The notes: generated by a model not told the origin, from the sequence alone. A stretch of 64,000 nt of DNA from Octopus vulgaris (GCA_951406725.2 OX597815.1:117738001-117802000), one strand, 5' to 3'. Positions 1-14,574 are shown, counted from the stretch's first letter. Translations and numbers: made by a program.

Positions 1-192
1 GTCTAACATCAAGAATCTTGCAACACAAATTCATAAACGTATATGTGGCCGCGTATGTATCGTTGGCGATTTTTTCCCTTCGTCTCCCCTTCCTTGGGTC
101 TTTCCTTTTCCTAATATATGTATATATATATACATACACACACACATACATACATACATACATACATACATACATACATACATACATACATA

Positions 193-247
<55 letters not shown>

Positions 248-1115
248 GAAAACTATTCACTTCAGAATGAAGACTTGACGTGACTTTAGCCCCATGTTAT
301 ATATGTTTTTGTCTTTATTTATACTTAAAGCTCAGGCTTTTGCTTTCTTTTCATATAGCATTTATTGTGGCTGTGATTACATTGAACACTTCCATGTATT
401 TCTCTGTGATGTAACAAATGATAGATGTGTCTTATAGCTCAACAATGAGACATTCAAGTTGGTTATGCTTTTCTCATTTCTATAGCCTATTGTACCACTT
501 CTCTACAATTATTACATGCCGTAAGAAAGACAGTTGTTAAGTAAAATTTTCTTCTTTCAGCAATAATTTGTATCTTTGCATTTATAGCTTGCAATTTACG
601 TGATAGTTCCTTGAAATTAATGTTTATTTTCTCTGTAGAACTGAATTTAATTGTAATACCTAGACTTGATTTTTTTTTGTGTGGTTGCTTGGCACCAGAT
701 GATCCTAAACCACACAAAAATATTCCAGCCGTGAGCATCATTCATTTTATACGGCATAGTGTACCTTTGACAACGTTATACAATGTGTTCTTCTGATTTC
801 AGAGAACCGGTTGTGATTTAGACGAGATATGGTTGCTATGTATGGTTGCAAGTCCATCGATCACGTAGAAGCTCTCGCGTTAAACTAAGATTCTCTGCGT
901 TAAAAAATCTCCCCGCATTGCAGGAGGATCCTTTGTTAGAGACTACAAATTCATCAAGAATCTTGCAACACAAATTCATAAACGTATATGTGGCCGCGTA
1001 TGTATCGTTGGCGATTTTTCCCTTCGTCTCCCCTTCCTTGGGTCTTTCCTTTTCCTAATATATGTATATATATATACATACACACACACATACATACATA
1101 CATACATACATACAT

Positions 1116-1169
<54 letters not shown>

Positions 1170-2053
1170 GAAAACTATTCACTTCAGAATGAAGACTTGA
1201 CGTGACTTTAGCCCCATGTTATATATGTTTTTGTCTTTATTTATACTTAAAGCTCAGGCTTTTGCTTTCTATTCATATAGCATTTATTGTGGCTGTGATT
1301 ACATTGAACACTTCCATGTATTTCTCTGTGATGTAACAAATGATAGATGTGTCTTATAGCTCAACAATGAGACATTCAAGTTGGTTATGCTTTTCTCATT
1401 TCTATAGCCTATTGTACCACTTCTCTACAATTATTACATGCCGTAAGAAAGACAGTTGTTAAGTAAAATTTTCTTCTTTCAGCAATAATTTGTATCTTTG
1501 CATTTATAGCTTGCAATTTACGTGATAGTTCCTTGAAATTAATGTTTATTTTCTCTGTAGAACTGAATTTAATTGTAATACCTAGACTTGATTTTTTTTT
1601 GTGTGGTTGCTTGGCACCAGATGATCCTAAACCACACAAAAATATTCCAGCCGTGAGCATCATTCATTTTATACGGCATAGTGTACCTTTGACAACGTTA
1701 TACAATGTGTTCTTCTGATTTCAGAGAACCGGTTGTGATTTAGACGAGATATGGTTGCTATGTATGGTTGCAAGTCCATCGATCACGTAGAAGCTCTCGC
1801 GTTAAACTAAGATTCTCTGCGTTACAAAATCTCCCCGCATTGCAGGAGGATCTGTTGAAACACACGGTCTAACATCAAGAATCTTGCAACACAAATTCAT
1901 AAACGTATATGTGGCCGCGTATGTATCGTTGGCGATTTTTTCCCTTCGTCTCCCCTTCCTTGGGTCTTTCCTTTTCCTAATATATGTATATATATATACA
2001 TACACACACACATACATACATACATACATACATACATACATACATACATACAT

Positions 2054-2115
<62 letters not shown>

Positions 2116-2822
2116 GAAAACTATTCACTTCAGAATGAAGACTTGACGTGACTTTAGCCCCATGTTATATATGTTTTTGTCTTTATTTATACTTAAAGCT
2201 CAGGCTTTTGCTTTCTATTCATATAGCATTTATTGTGGCTGTGATTACATTGAACACTTCCATGTATTTCTCTGTGATGTAACAAATGATAGATGTGTCT
2301 TATAGCTCAACAATGAGACATTCAAGTTGGTTATGCTTTTCTCATTTCTATAGCCTATTGTACCACTTCTCTACAATTATTACATGCCGTAAGAAAGACA
2401 GTTGTTAAGTAAAATTTTCTTCTTTCAGCAATAATTTGTATCTTTGCATTTATAGCTTGCAATTTACGTGATAGTTCCTTGAAATTAATGTTTATTTTCT
2501 CTGTAGAACTGAATTTAATTGTAATACCTAGACTTGATTTTTTTTTGTGTGGTTGCTTGGCACCAGATGATCCTAAACCACACAAAAATATTCCAGCCGT
2601 GAGCATCATTCATTTTATACGGCATAGTGTACCTTTGACAACGTTATACAATGTGTTCTTCTGATTTCAGAGAACCGGTTGTGATTTAGACGAGATATGG
2701 TTGCTATGTATGGTTGCAAGTCCATCGATCACGTAGAAGCTCTCGCGTTAAACTAAGATTCTCTGCGTTACAAAATCTCCCCGCATTGCAGGAGGATCCT
2801 TTGTTAGAGACTACAAATTCAT
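1..2822. repeat. Tandem triplication of a ~0.92-0.95 kb unit (continues off the window's left edge)
   Basis: CAAGAATCTTGCAACAC recurs at 10, 955 and 1876. Identical 84-aa ORFs occur at 487-741, 1409-1663 and 2355-2609. Units differ mainly in (TACA)n/(CA)n length and a few single bases. Confidence 0.95.
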
Positions 2823-2984
2823 TTGTTTTGTTCTAAATTTAGCAGATCTGCAACACGGAGTGTGGTAAATAAAAGTCTCGGAAATATTTTGCAGTTCAGC
2901 ATTATCGATATTGGATATGAAATTTTGAGATGTATATTGTTTGATATCGTTTACACTGGGATACCGCATTGAACAGTTTAGTAG

Positions 2985-3385
<401 letters not shown>

Positions 3386-3734
3386 CAGTAGTAGAGACAC
3401 GCAAATATAAAATGCCTGCTGCTTCAGTTTGTGCTAACTTTTAAGGCTCTAGATGTGATCGACCTATCTTAAGTGCTCGTCATATTTTCTGATGACTTAG
3501 AATTCAAACCATGTGGTCGCCATTTTAAAAGATAATACAGAATATGGTGAACGACTACATGGAAACGACATCATATACATTTTTGAATTTAGGTCAGATA
3601 GATTCGTGAGTTCATTTTGATCGGAACCACTTCATATTACTTCATATCCATTCATATTTTCGTTGGCTACCTGGTAAAATTGTTAGGGCATTGCGGTTTT
3701 TCTTTCGACTATTTACATTCTGAGTGAGAATCCT

Positions 3735-3917
3735 CCCAACGCTTGACTACAATGTCGTTTGCATACGTCTACGTAACGTAGCGGTTCGACAGAAGAGACT
3801 GATAGGATAAGTACTAGACTTAAGATATAAGTACTGGGGTTGATTTGTTCGACTAAATACTCCAAGGCGTAGTTTCAGTTTGACTACAGTCCAGTGACTA
3901 AAACAATTAAAAGATAA
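3735..3917 (+). mobile_element. SINE family B 3' half
   Basis: CGCTTGAC...GCGGTTCGAC...ATAAGTACT...CAGTCCAGTGACTAAAACAA matches the family B tail. Confidence 0.7.
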
Positions 3918-4237
3918 ACGTAGATTAATATTCTTGGAGAGAGCATAAATGTTACAAATTTTTTCGCTTGCCCATGTCTTCTTGTCTTGAGACAGCATTC
4001 ACCCGGGAGTCAGAGGGAGGTGATTTTGCACTGGTGTCGCACCGAATTGTTGGAGACAAAGTGATGCCATCGGACACGAAGGATGCGGACACGAACACGC
4101 TTGCCCATACGAGGAAAGAAGCAATATACAATGAAATACGGACTCTAAATTGAAAGAGTGTATTCATATTCATGTATTGAAGCTATTTGACTTGGTCACT
4201 CGGTTAAGAGATATGCGTAAAATCATTAGTGAAAGTG

Positions 4238-4445
4238 TGTGGCCTCGTGGCTACGATGCTGCACTCTCGATCGCAAGATCGCGGCTTCAATTCCCAGACC
4301 GGGTGATATGTTTAGTTGTTGAGCAAAACACTTTATTTCACATGATTCTAGTTCACTCACTGTAAACGAGCAACCCTGTGACAAATTGACGTCCTGTTGA
4401 GCGCGAATGCTGTCAACACGGTACACATACTTCATGGAAACCAGT
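4238..4445 (+). mobile_element. tRNA-derived CORE-like SINE (family C), degenerate
   Basis: A-box/B-box head, then TTGAGCAAAACACTTTATTTCAC (CORE-like block). Confidence 0.7.
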
Positions 4446-5369
4446 TAACTGGTTTCCAAGGACTCGAGACGGTACCTAATTTTTTTGAATCGTGTAAGAC
4501 TTCAGCAGGTAAAGTTAAATATCTTGTATACATCCTAAAAACAAGGTTAGTATTAGCAAGTACATTGTCTTTTTCCTTTTTTTTTATCTCGAAAATAAAC
4601 TTTCCCTCGAGGTTGGCATGCATTTCTGTTCAGAGTTCATATATCCGAAACACAGAGTCCATTGTCCTCCGGACAACACGGCTATTTATATGTATAGTTA
4701 TCTGTATGGCAGATGCCAGATTTAGATATTTTATCAGTATAATTATTTTAAAAAGAATATGAAATAGAATTCTGGTTTTATGAACCAAAATGCCAATACC
4801 GAATTTCGAGAATTAAAAGAAATATATATAAATAAAAAATAACTAAACAGTATTGTAATGTGATCTAAGTACTGTTTATCAAATTATTGTAAGAAAATGG
4901 AGACAAAGGTGAAAGCTATTCCACATACTTTCACTATAAATATCCTACATCACTTCTCTAAAGTATCCTACACCACTTCACATGGTCTAAATGATAGCGG
5001 ATCACTGTGGTACAACACAGACGGTCACTGTTTCTTTTCTGGTTTCATTTGATAGTTACTATTTTTGTTGTTGTGCAATTGATTGTAGCTCTTTGTATTC
5101 GATAAAGTTGAAGCAACAATTTATCCCCTATCTCACTTAAGGGAAAGCAGAATTGTACGAGCGACGGGAAAAAAACCCTAATAAAATAGGATAAAATAAA
5201 ATATGACTTGCTACTAGGATGCAGTGTTCTTTGTCTAGCATATTGTAACTGATGGATGTTTACAAGAACGTTAATGTAAAAGGTAATTCGTCTTTGACAC
5301 TTTCAGAAACACACACACGTGTGTGTATATATTTAAGTATGCATATATATGTATATATATGTATGTGTA

Positions 5370-5453
<84 letters not shown>

Positions 5454-5468
5454 TATGTATGTATATAT

Positions 5469-5501
<33 letters not shown>

Positions 5502-5808
5502 GGCGCATAGCTCGGTGGTTAGAGCGTCGAGTTCGAATCCCGGACCGGGCCGCGTGTTGTGTTCTTGAGCAAGACACTTTATTTCACGTTGCTCCAGTTC
5601 ACTCATCTGTAGAAATGAGTTGCGATACCACAGGTGTCAAGCTGTATCGGTCTTTGCCTTTCCCTTGGATAACACTGGTGGCGTGGAGAGGCGGGGCCGG
5701 AATGCATGGGTAACTGCTGGTCTTCCATAAACAACCTTGCCCGGACTTGTGCCTGGTAGGATAACTTTGTAGGTGCAATCCCATGGTCAGTCATGACCGA
5801 AGGGGTTC
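5502..5808 (+). mobile_element. tRNA-derived CORE-like SINE (family C, tail type 1)
   Basis: GGCGCATAGCTCGGTGGTTAGAGC...GTTCGAATCCC head; TGTGTTCTTGAGCAAGACACTTTATTTCACGTTGCTCCAGTTCACTCATCTGTAGAAATG resembles the CORE domain; close copy at 40345-40673. Confidence 0.9.
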
Positions 5809-5836
5809 TCAGTATATCTATCTATCTATCTATCTA

Positions 5837-5925
<89 letters not shown>

Positions 5926-5935
5926 ATATATATAT

Positions 5936-6122
5936 ATTTATTATATAGAAGGAGCTTCTACAGGACTAGAACTGTTTCATTCAAGAGAAATCATCTGATG
6001 ATTTCTCTTGAATGAAACAGTTCTAGTCCTGTAGAAGCTCCTTCTATATAATAAATTAATTTTACTCTGCTATGTATTGAGTACCTTATTTACTGTGGTT
6101 AACCCCGAATCAACCCGGGACC

Positions 6123-6125
<3 letters not shown>
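5936..6125 (+). mobile_element. Short fold-back Penelope-like pLTR remnant with a truncated hammerhead core
   Basis: Perfect 60-bp-arm palindrome 5936-6056 centred on T5996. CTGATGA at 5995-6001, GAAAC at 6014-6018, GTC at 6026-6028. Unpaired tail with TACTC...GAGTA. (TA)n on both sides. Confidence 0.75.
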
Positions 6126-6177
<52 letters not shown>

Positions 6178-6327
6178 ATATATATGTATATATCTGTATA
6201 CATGCATATGTATATATCTGTATACATGCATATGGATCATATATGTTATGTATGTATGCACCATATGTATGTATGTATATGTACGCATGATTGTATGGAT
6301 AGTTGTACGCATATATCACTGTATGAA

Positions 6328-6403
<76 letters not shown>

Positions 6404-6434
6404 ATATACATATATATATACATACATACATACA

Positions 6435-6466
<32 letters not shown>

Positions 6467-6895
6467 CACACACATGCACACATGTATATTTATGTTTATA
6501 TATATATATATATATACATACGTATATAAAGATCACGTTTTTTTAAAGCAAGATAATGTGGAGATGAATACTCTGTTTATGAACACGGGCTATAAATAGA
6601 TAAGCAGAGAAGGTCTGTCTAATTTTAAGCCTAAATCCTATGTCCGCCTCCTCTGAAAGCCCTACTTAGAGTTAAAGATACCAATGAACTTGTGCAGATG
6701 TGTGATTATAAATAGATTTTTTTCACTCTTTCTAATCTTGCAATTGATATGACGTTATTACTTTTTCATAGTTAATGGATTTATTTTATGTTATTTTATT
6801 TATTTATTTCGAATTGCGCAACCAATTAGAAAATAATTTTAGGGAATAGAGACTGTGTCTATACAAATTTGCTTTTAATATAGGAACGAAGTCTG

Positions 6896-7035
6896 GTGGT
6901 GCGCTGGCAGAACTGTTAGCACGGCAGCAGAAGATGCTAAACGGCATTTCGTTCGTCTTTACGTTCTGAGTTCAAATTCCGCCGAGGTCAACTTTGCCTT
7001 TCATTCTTTCGGGGTCGATAAAATAAGTACCAACT
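6896..7035 (+). mobile_element. tRNA-derived SINE family A (5' part)
   Basis: CTGGCAGAA.GTTAGCACG...GAGTTCAAATTCCGCCGAGGTCAACTTTGCCTTTCAT. Confidence 0.85.
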
Positions 7036-7074
7036 GAAACCAAAATAGGCACAAAGGCTAGCCGAGTATATCAA

Positions 7075-7436
7075 ACCCTGTGCTCAACTGGTACTTATAT
7101 TATCAACTTCGAAAGGACGAAAGACAAAGTCGACCTTGGCGGAATTTGAACTCACGAAGTAAAGAGCCGGAAGAAATACCTATTTCTTTACTACCCACAA
7201 AGGACTAATCACAGAGGGGACAAACAAGGACAGAGAAACGGATTAAGTCGATTACGTCGACCCCAGTGCGTAACTGGTACTTATTTAATGGACCGCGAAA
7301 GGATAAAAGGCAAAGTCAACCTCGGCGGAATTTGAACTCAGAACGTAACGGCAGACAAAATACGGCTACGCATTTCGCCCGACGTGCTAACTTAATTGAG
7401 GCGGTGAAACGTCAAAATCGTTAGCAGTTCGCCGCT
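7075..7436 (-). mobile_element. SINE family A dimer
   Basis: Two copies of the AAAGTCGACCTCGGCGGAATTTGAACTCA module joined by GAAATACCTATTTCTTTACTACCCACAA. Confidence 0.85.
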
Positions 7437-7565
7437 TTAATCAATTTTATAACAATATCTTTGGAACTGTTAAGGTCGATAGCCTACTGCAAACAGGATT
7501 GGCTAGATACAGGATTATCAAATTGGAGCAGTTGGTGCACTGTGCCATGGGACAGCTTTGTTGTG

Positions 7566-7769
7566 TGTTTACCTATAACAGTGGCCACAGGAGAGAGAAA
7601 CTTTAGTAAAGTAAAGTTTATAAAAACAAATTTACGGTCGTCATTGACACAAGAGAAATGAAATTCTTTTGCAACTTTGTCACAAGAAAATAACATTGTA
7701 AAAACTGTAGACATAGAAAGTGTTATGAAAACATTTGGGGAGTTCAAGTTGAGAGGAAAAATGTTTTAG
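7566..7769 (+). pseudogene. hAT transposase C-terminal dimerisation-domain remnant (ZMYM1-like hAT)
   Basis: LPITVATGERNFSKVKFIKTNLRSSLTQEK*NSFATLS...TVDIESVMKTF resembles the hATC motif (ERSFSKLKLIKxxLRS); in-frame stop. Confidence 0.8.
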
Positions 7770-7923
7770 TTAGGATAATTTATGTGTCAGCATATGTTTT
7801 TTTTTTTGTTTTGTTTTTGTTTTGCATTTTCTGAAATTTATTTGGAGAAAATTCTTTAGATCAACAAAAGATCAACTGCACTGTTTGGACTTTCCCTTAC
7901 CCACCAATCCTCTATTGCGTGTT

Positions 7924-8006
7924 TGTGACAGAAATGTGTGGAGAGCATTGACAGGATCGTAGATACGATCATTTTCTTTCTCTCTGTCTGTCTGTCCCTC
8001 CTTCAC

Positions 8007-8056
<50 letters not shown>

Positions 8057-8166
8057 TTATATTAATAAAGGATTTGAGCCGTGGTTGTTGTGTTTAAACT
8101 GTTCTCTTTGGCTTATATATTGTAATAAAATAAACATTTTAATCCTAGCTTTTCCTTCGGGTAACA
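7924..8166 (+). mobile_element. Possible solo LTR
   Basis: Starts TGTGAC, ends GTAACA, several AATAAA in the 3' half; TSD only imperfect (TGTT/TTTT). Confidence 0.4.
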
Positions 8167-9639
8167 TTTTAAAAATCATACATATACTTCAGCTTTCCGA
8201 GGTGTCACCAACCATATGGATAACTCTATGTAGATATAATATGAATTTATTTTAACTTGGACCAAGATATCCAATTTAAAGGAAGGATTGAGAAAGAGTT
8301 GTCTTTCCCAAGAGTATTGAAAAAAAAAAAGAAATTAATAGATATGAGAATGGAAACCGGTTTTCAAATTTTGTGTAACGGCTTTTTTCTTGTCTTGTTA
8401 GAAATTGGTAGCTTCAATTTGCTATTTGTTGCGTGGTTGTTATTCTTGTTATATAGCCTCGAGTCAGCCGTGATCGAGCAAATCTATAAGCAACGGTGTT
8501 CCAGGTGTAAACAACTCATCTTTTACAACGCAAAATGTATTAAAGACTTAACCATTTTATTTCTCATTCTTGTTCAATAAATATCTTGTCCTCCGGAAGA
8601 AGATTATTCACGGACACTCCCACATGACCTCAAGTAGATGAGGCCCTTCATCTTTTTAGCTGCTCAACAAAGAGAAGGTATCTTCATTCACCTTGTTAAC
8701 TATGGGCTCGCGGCACTTCTTGCACCAAACCAATACAAGTTTGAAAGACGAAAGAGTGGAAGTGACTCTGCACAAACAATGCCCCTTCTAATAGTATTCA
8801 TCGTGTAGGTTGTTCAATCAACCAAGACACCGGTACCAACACCATCACGCTTTCTTCATAAATCCAATGGTGACAGGAAAAGGGGCGACAGAGACAGGTA
8901 GAGTATGCAACTGAGATTCTTCAGCCCGGCACATAGGCGACCATTAAGTGACGGTCATTTTCCATAGTCCTCTTCTCTGCAGCTGTGTCTTGCTGAACCT
9001 TCATTCGTCGTAGTGACAAAAAGTCCATCACATGGTGTAATGTGAGCGGGGTTTAACGATTATTTACTATTAATCGAGCAATCAGTTATAAGACCCCTTT
9101 CTTATTTGTGGTTTTTCATTATTTAAAAGTGACATGTTGGTGAAGTTCGTGTTTTTCCCAAAGAATCGACAAAATTACAAAATCGAATCCAGATGACTAT
9201 AGATGTAAATTGAAACTGGGCGAATAAATGTGTTTACTCATTTCTTTGCAACGCTCGCTAATTTATGAAAAGAAATCTATATTAAGACTGAATATGGACT
9301 AGCACCTGAAGAATGATGGGTTTGATCATCGCAAAGTTAACCTATAACTAAGCATCTTTTGAATTTCACTAGAACTTTAAATCACTGATGGGATCACTGG
9401 CGATGAAGAAAATATTTTCGTGCGATAAACTCTCGAGCTAATATTAAGCATTTTCTTATTATTTTTGTTAAACGCCATGGCTTACATTCAACTTAATGAT
9501 GTTGTGTAAAGCCTCTTCTGCAAGTGTGCACAATCTGGAATTATAGGAGTTAAAAGAAAGATGGAACGTGGACTTCGTTCTCGAAGGAAAGAGAAAAACT
9601 GCAAATGAGAATCGGAAATAAATTACGATCTGGCCAAGA

Positions 9640-9712
<73 letters not shown>

Positions 9713-9727
9713 TGTGTGTGTGTGTGA

Positions 9728-9960
9728 CGCGTGATTAGTGATTAGGATGGCTGGTTCTATTCCTGGGCCGAACGACAAGTTGTGTTCTTCACTTCATTTC
9801 ACGCAGCTTTACATGGTAAACTCTGCGCCGGAACAGCCTTCCGATCAGTGAGGAGATGGCCAGCGGGAGGGGAGGGGGCAACATTCGAAAGCTGAAACGA
9901 TGCAAAACGCAATGTGGCCTTCGATGTATAACAAAAGCCGATAGTCTAGTCGATCACATG
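9728..9960 (+). mobile_element. Degenerate CORE-like SINE (family C)
   Basis: Eroded tRNA head then TTGTGTTCTT...CACTTCATTTCACG. Confidence 0.55.
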
Positions 9961-9966
9961 AGAATA

Positions 9967-10185
9967 TACGAGCAGGTGTTGAAATGTTCCCAGCTTTGGG
10001 TAAAAGAAAACACAGGAGAATCAGTTAATTAGGATTTTATTCAACGTATACCCCTCTCAGATTCACACACTTATTGCAGTTGTCCTTCAGCTTTTCTAAG
10101 CCCTGTAAAAGAGCTCGGAAGGTTGGGCCTCCAACAAAACCTTTCACGAGGCCCTTAAAACCAGGAGATTTTCTGTACCCCATTG
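9967..10185 (-). mobile_element. Mariner-derived deletion derivative/MITE
   Basis: Minus-strand peptide GLEKLKDNCNKCVNLRGVYVE* resembles the mariner transposase C-terminus (KCVxxxGxYVE); TACGAG-type end and degenerate TIRs. Confidence 0.7.
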
Positions 10186-10189
10186 AGTG

Positions 10190-10224
<35 letters not shown>

Positions 10225-11278
10225 CGATTTCTAACATTTTCACTCTTCCACAAAATTTTCTAAGATAACAAAGTCGGTTAAATCACCCAACTCCGGAAAG
10301 ATGGATAATAAATTTGCCTTTGATGCGATTCGAACTCAGACGGTAAAGAGACAAAACTAACTACTGCAACACACTTTTTCTCCTGTGCACAACTATTTCT
10401 CCTTTCCATTACTCTTTCGTAATATATAATAATCGAACTTAGATTAAGAAAGATACTGTTTTGTAATTACGGAGATGTACTTGCATAGCAAGTGATCTGA
10501 TCTGAGATCGTCTGCTGGAACGAAAACAATTGCAGCGTAGAAGGTGTTTATAAGCCATTTAAGAAACACAAAAACTGTTAGATTCACTTCAACATTTAAA
10601 TTTAATTTGCCAAAATATTTTCGTCGCTTTGAGACCGCGACATTTTCACTGACAAAATTCCGTGCTACATCTGTTTTGTAATATTCTGCAAGAATCATAA
10701 AACTTGCTGTTCACACTAAAATTATGCGTAAGACGATAATAAATATATCTCCAAATATCTATCGTATTTTCTCGTTTTATTTATATTATGCAAGTTACTG
10801 TTGCCTTAAGAAGACGATAAGCTATACGCAAACTTTGGCGGAAAAAATATGCGTTAAATATTTGTATCTCTATGCAACCTGAAGTAAAGTTGTAGCAACA
10901 CTAAACAAGTTCCTATTTACTTCCTTGATGGAAACTGCTTCAATGCTAACAATTGCTCAGATATTTATGTGTAGAAGAGCAAAATCTATTTTCTCTTGTA
11001 ACTCAAATAGATAATAGACCCTTGAGAAGGAAATAAAAGTGTTTCATATTAAGCATTCCAAATATTCTAAGAATGAAATAAAATTTCCCTTCATTTCTGA
11101 TGTTATGCATAACTCTTCATAGCGCCATAATTTTCTGTCACCCACACACATATGTACGTATGTATGTATGTATGTATGTATGTATGTATGTATGTATGTA
11201 TGTATGTATGTATGTATGTATGTATGTATGTGTGTGGGGGGGCGTGTGTGAGTGTGCGTGTGTATGTGTGTGTGTATA

Positions 11279-11445
11279 GGCGCAGAAGTGACTGTGTGGC
11301 AAGAAATTAGCTTCTCAATCATATGGTTCCGAGTTCAGTCCCACTGCGTGGCTCCTTGGGCAAGTGTCTTCTACCATTAGCCTAGCGCCGACCAAAGCCT
11401 TGTGAGTGGATTTGGTAGACGGAAACTCAAAGAAGCCCGTCGGGT
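11279..11445 (+). mobile_element. SINE family B 5' half
   Basis: GTTCAGTCCCACTGCGTGG...CCTTGGGCAAGTGTCTTCTAC...GCCTTGTGAGTGGATTTGGTAGACGGAAAC. Confidence 0.85.
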
Positions 11446-11493
11446 ATATGTATGTATGTATGTAGATGTATGCATGTCATTATGTACGTATCC

Positions 11494-11559
<66 letters not shown>

Positions 11560-11580
11560 GCGTGTAAATATATGTGTGTA

Positions 11581-11800
11581 AGGCAGCGAGCTGGCAGAAT
11601 TGTTATAGCACCGGACCAAATGTTTAGCGGCATTTCTTTTGACGTTTACATTCTCGGTTCAAATGCAACCGAGGTCGACTTTGCTTTTCATCTCTTCGGG
11701 TTCGATGAAATGAGTACCAGTTGAGCATTGTTGTCGATGTAATCGACTTACCCCTTTCCCCCCGAAATCGTTGGCATTGTGCCAAAAATTTGGAGCCAAT
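11581..11800 (+). mobile_element. SINE family A monomer
   Basis: GGCAGCGAGCTGGCAGAA head; GAGGTCGACTTTGCTTTTCATC body; TTGTGCCAAAAATTTGG tail. Confidence 0.85.
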
Positions 11801-12113
11801 ACATACGCATATGTGTGTGTATGTTTGTGTGTGCTGTGCAGGGTTTTAAATTGGATTGCTTGAGGTCGTAACACTTTGACCAGATCGGAGAAGTTTGTTT
11901 ATCTCCTTTATAAACTATTTAGAACAATCTATATGCATTGATTACAGAACATTCCAGTATGCTTATGTTAGTTGTTCAGGCTTGCATTTATTGGTTAAAA
12001 TCAATCAATAGATAAATAAAAGTTTGGATAACATTGTTTGTTTTCTATATCGGCAGATTTATTTTCAAAATGTCGGAGAAATATTTTCTAAGCATGGACG
12101 ATTATATACGTTC

Positions 12114-12153
<40 letters not shown>

Positions 12154-12548
12154 ATTTTAATTCTCAGCGCTTCTTTTGACAACTTATATATTTTGTATGG
12201 CAATGAAAGTCGAATGAATAACATATTAGCATACTAGATCGTAAAATTATATCTATCATATTATTATATATCATCCTGTAGTCTCTTTTAACAGAATTTA
12301 TCTTTGGTCAGTCAGTTTCTTATTCATTGCGTGTGTACATATACATGCACATAAAAAGAAACCAACCAGCTAATATGTACATTGCATAGACAATCTGCAA
12401 GTGGAACAGTAGAAATATGTAAGACTTTTCTCAAATTGAAAATGTGATATTGTTCGTGTTATCTAAGTTTCAAAGACAGAGTTTTATCTCTGTTTGAAAT
12501 CAGCTCCTTTCTTACAGGATGACATCAAATAATGAAAACCAGATTATC

Positions 12549-12830
<282 letters not shown>

Positions 12831-13076
12831 TGCATCTGTCTGTCTACTCATCTATTATATATATATATAAATAAACATACATACATACATACATACGTAC
12901 ACACGCACTCACACACGCGTGCGTGTGCACTTAGACACACACACACACAGTTTTTGAATTTATGTCGAACACATTTATCCTAAAATAAACCAAAGAAAAT
13001 TTAATCTTTCATTCTGACAACTGAAGGAAATAATTTTTCTTGTCTGATTCCACTCGAAACTAAACTTATTTCTATA

Positions 13077-13132
<56 letters not shown>

Positions 13133-13989
13133 TCCGTGACATGTTTACGCAACTCATTTCTCTCTCTCTTTCAGACATTCTCTATCCTTTACCTTCTCTG
13201 GCCAACATGTCTCAGTTATTCTTTTTGATAGTTTTTACCATAATCTAAAGCCAACAAATGTACTATTTTTGTATGTTTTACTTAACGATTAAGTTAGCTT
13301 AATACTTCGGCCTCTTTCAAAAATAGGCGACAGACAACTTGCTGATGATCCTCAGCAGGTTGAAACGTGTCCACAGTGATCGTACTTACCAATAAAAATG
13401 ACATTAATCATCACATGCCATGATATGGGCGCATGGGGCACTTTGGTCAAGGAGGTGAGGAGGTAGCAGTTGGGGATGTCAGGTAGAATTGATTTATTCA
13501 AAGTAAAAACATAAATAATATTTTTTTAATAGCAAATCTGTTTATCAACCAATCATACAGTTAGCACGAATTAGATTGGATTAGATTGCCTACGTTCAGC
13601 CCACTGCACGACGAAGGCCTCAACATGTTCTCTTCACCAGCTGATGTGGAGGCCAGAATTTGAGCTTGAGATCATACTGGTTTGATGAGCCCACTCTGTC
13701 AAACTGGCTCAACACGGATTGGTAGAGGGACACTTAGCATAAATCAGACACATGGTATGCAACGAAAAAGATATAATGTTTTCTGCTTTTCTCAGCACCA
13801 AAAATATAAATTATTTGCTTAACATTTTTTCCAATAAACATGTCGGCATATTTTTTGTTTAGTATTCAAGTATTGCTGTACCGTTTAATTGCCTTTGACC
13901 CATTCCGCTCCTTAGCGATATCTTCACACGTCTAAATGCGCAAACTGACAGCTCGGCAGAAATGGATGCCATTATACCAGACATTTAAG

Positions 13990-14200
13990 GAAACGAGCTA
14001 GCAGAATCATTAACACGCCGGGGAAAATGCTTAGCGGCATATCGTCCGTTTTGAAATCAAATTCTGCCGAGGTTGACTTTGCCTTTCATCCTTTCGGAGT
14101 CAATTAAAAATTAAGTACCAGTTGAGCACTGAGGTCGATGAAATTGACTTAACCCCTCTCTCAAAATTGCTAGCCTTGTGCTAAAATTTGAATATACCAG
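13990..14200 (+). mobile_element. SINE family A monomer
   Basis: Same head, body and tail motifs as other family A copies. Confidence 0.85.
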
Positions 14201-14220
14201 ATATTTATGCATGCATGCGT

Positions 14221-14295
<75 letters not shown>

Positions 14296-14574
14296 TGTGT
14301 GCGTGTTTCTGCTATTTCTATAAAAAGGCTTCCTTAGCAACCATGTTCACATTTGAAGACAAAGTATCCTCAGAAATTACTTGAGATTTTGTTTTTATTT
14401 ACATCAACATTTCTCATTATTGCACAACGGCATCTACTGTACTACAGTAAGGTTCTATTTATCTCTATTTTGCCAACAGTTATATATTTATGTCAGCTCA
14501 CGTAGGAAATATTCCACGATAAGTGGCACATTTTATTAAAACATATTCAATAAGCCCACGAAGAAGCTTATAGA

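Noticed and set aside
487-741. 84-aa ORF repeated three times
   Set aside because: Identity is explained by the tandem triplication; no recognisable domain
8580-9060. Higher-complexity segment that might be a decayed exon or retroelement
   Set aside because: No sustained frame or recognisable motif
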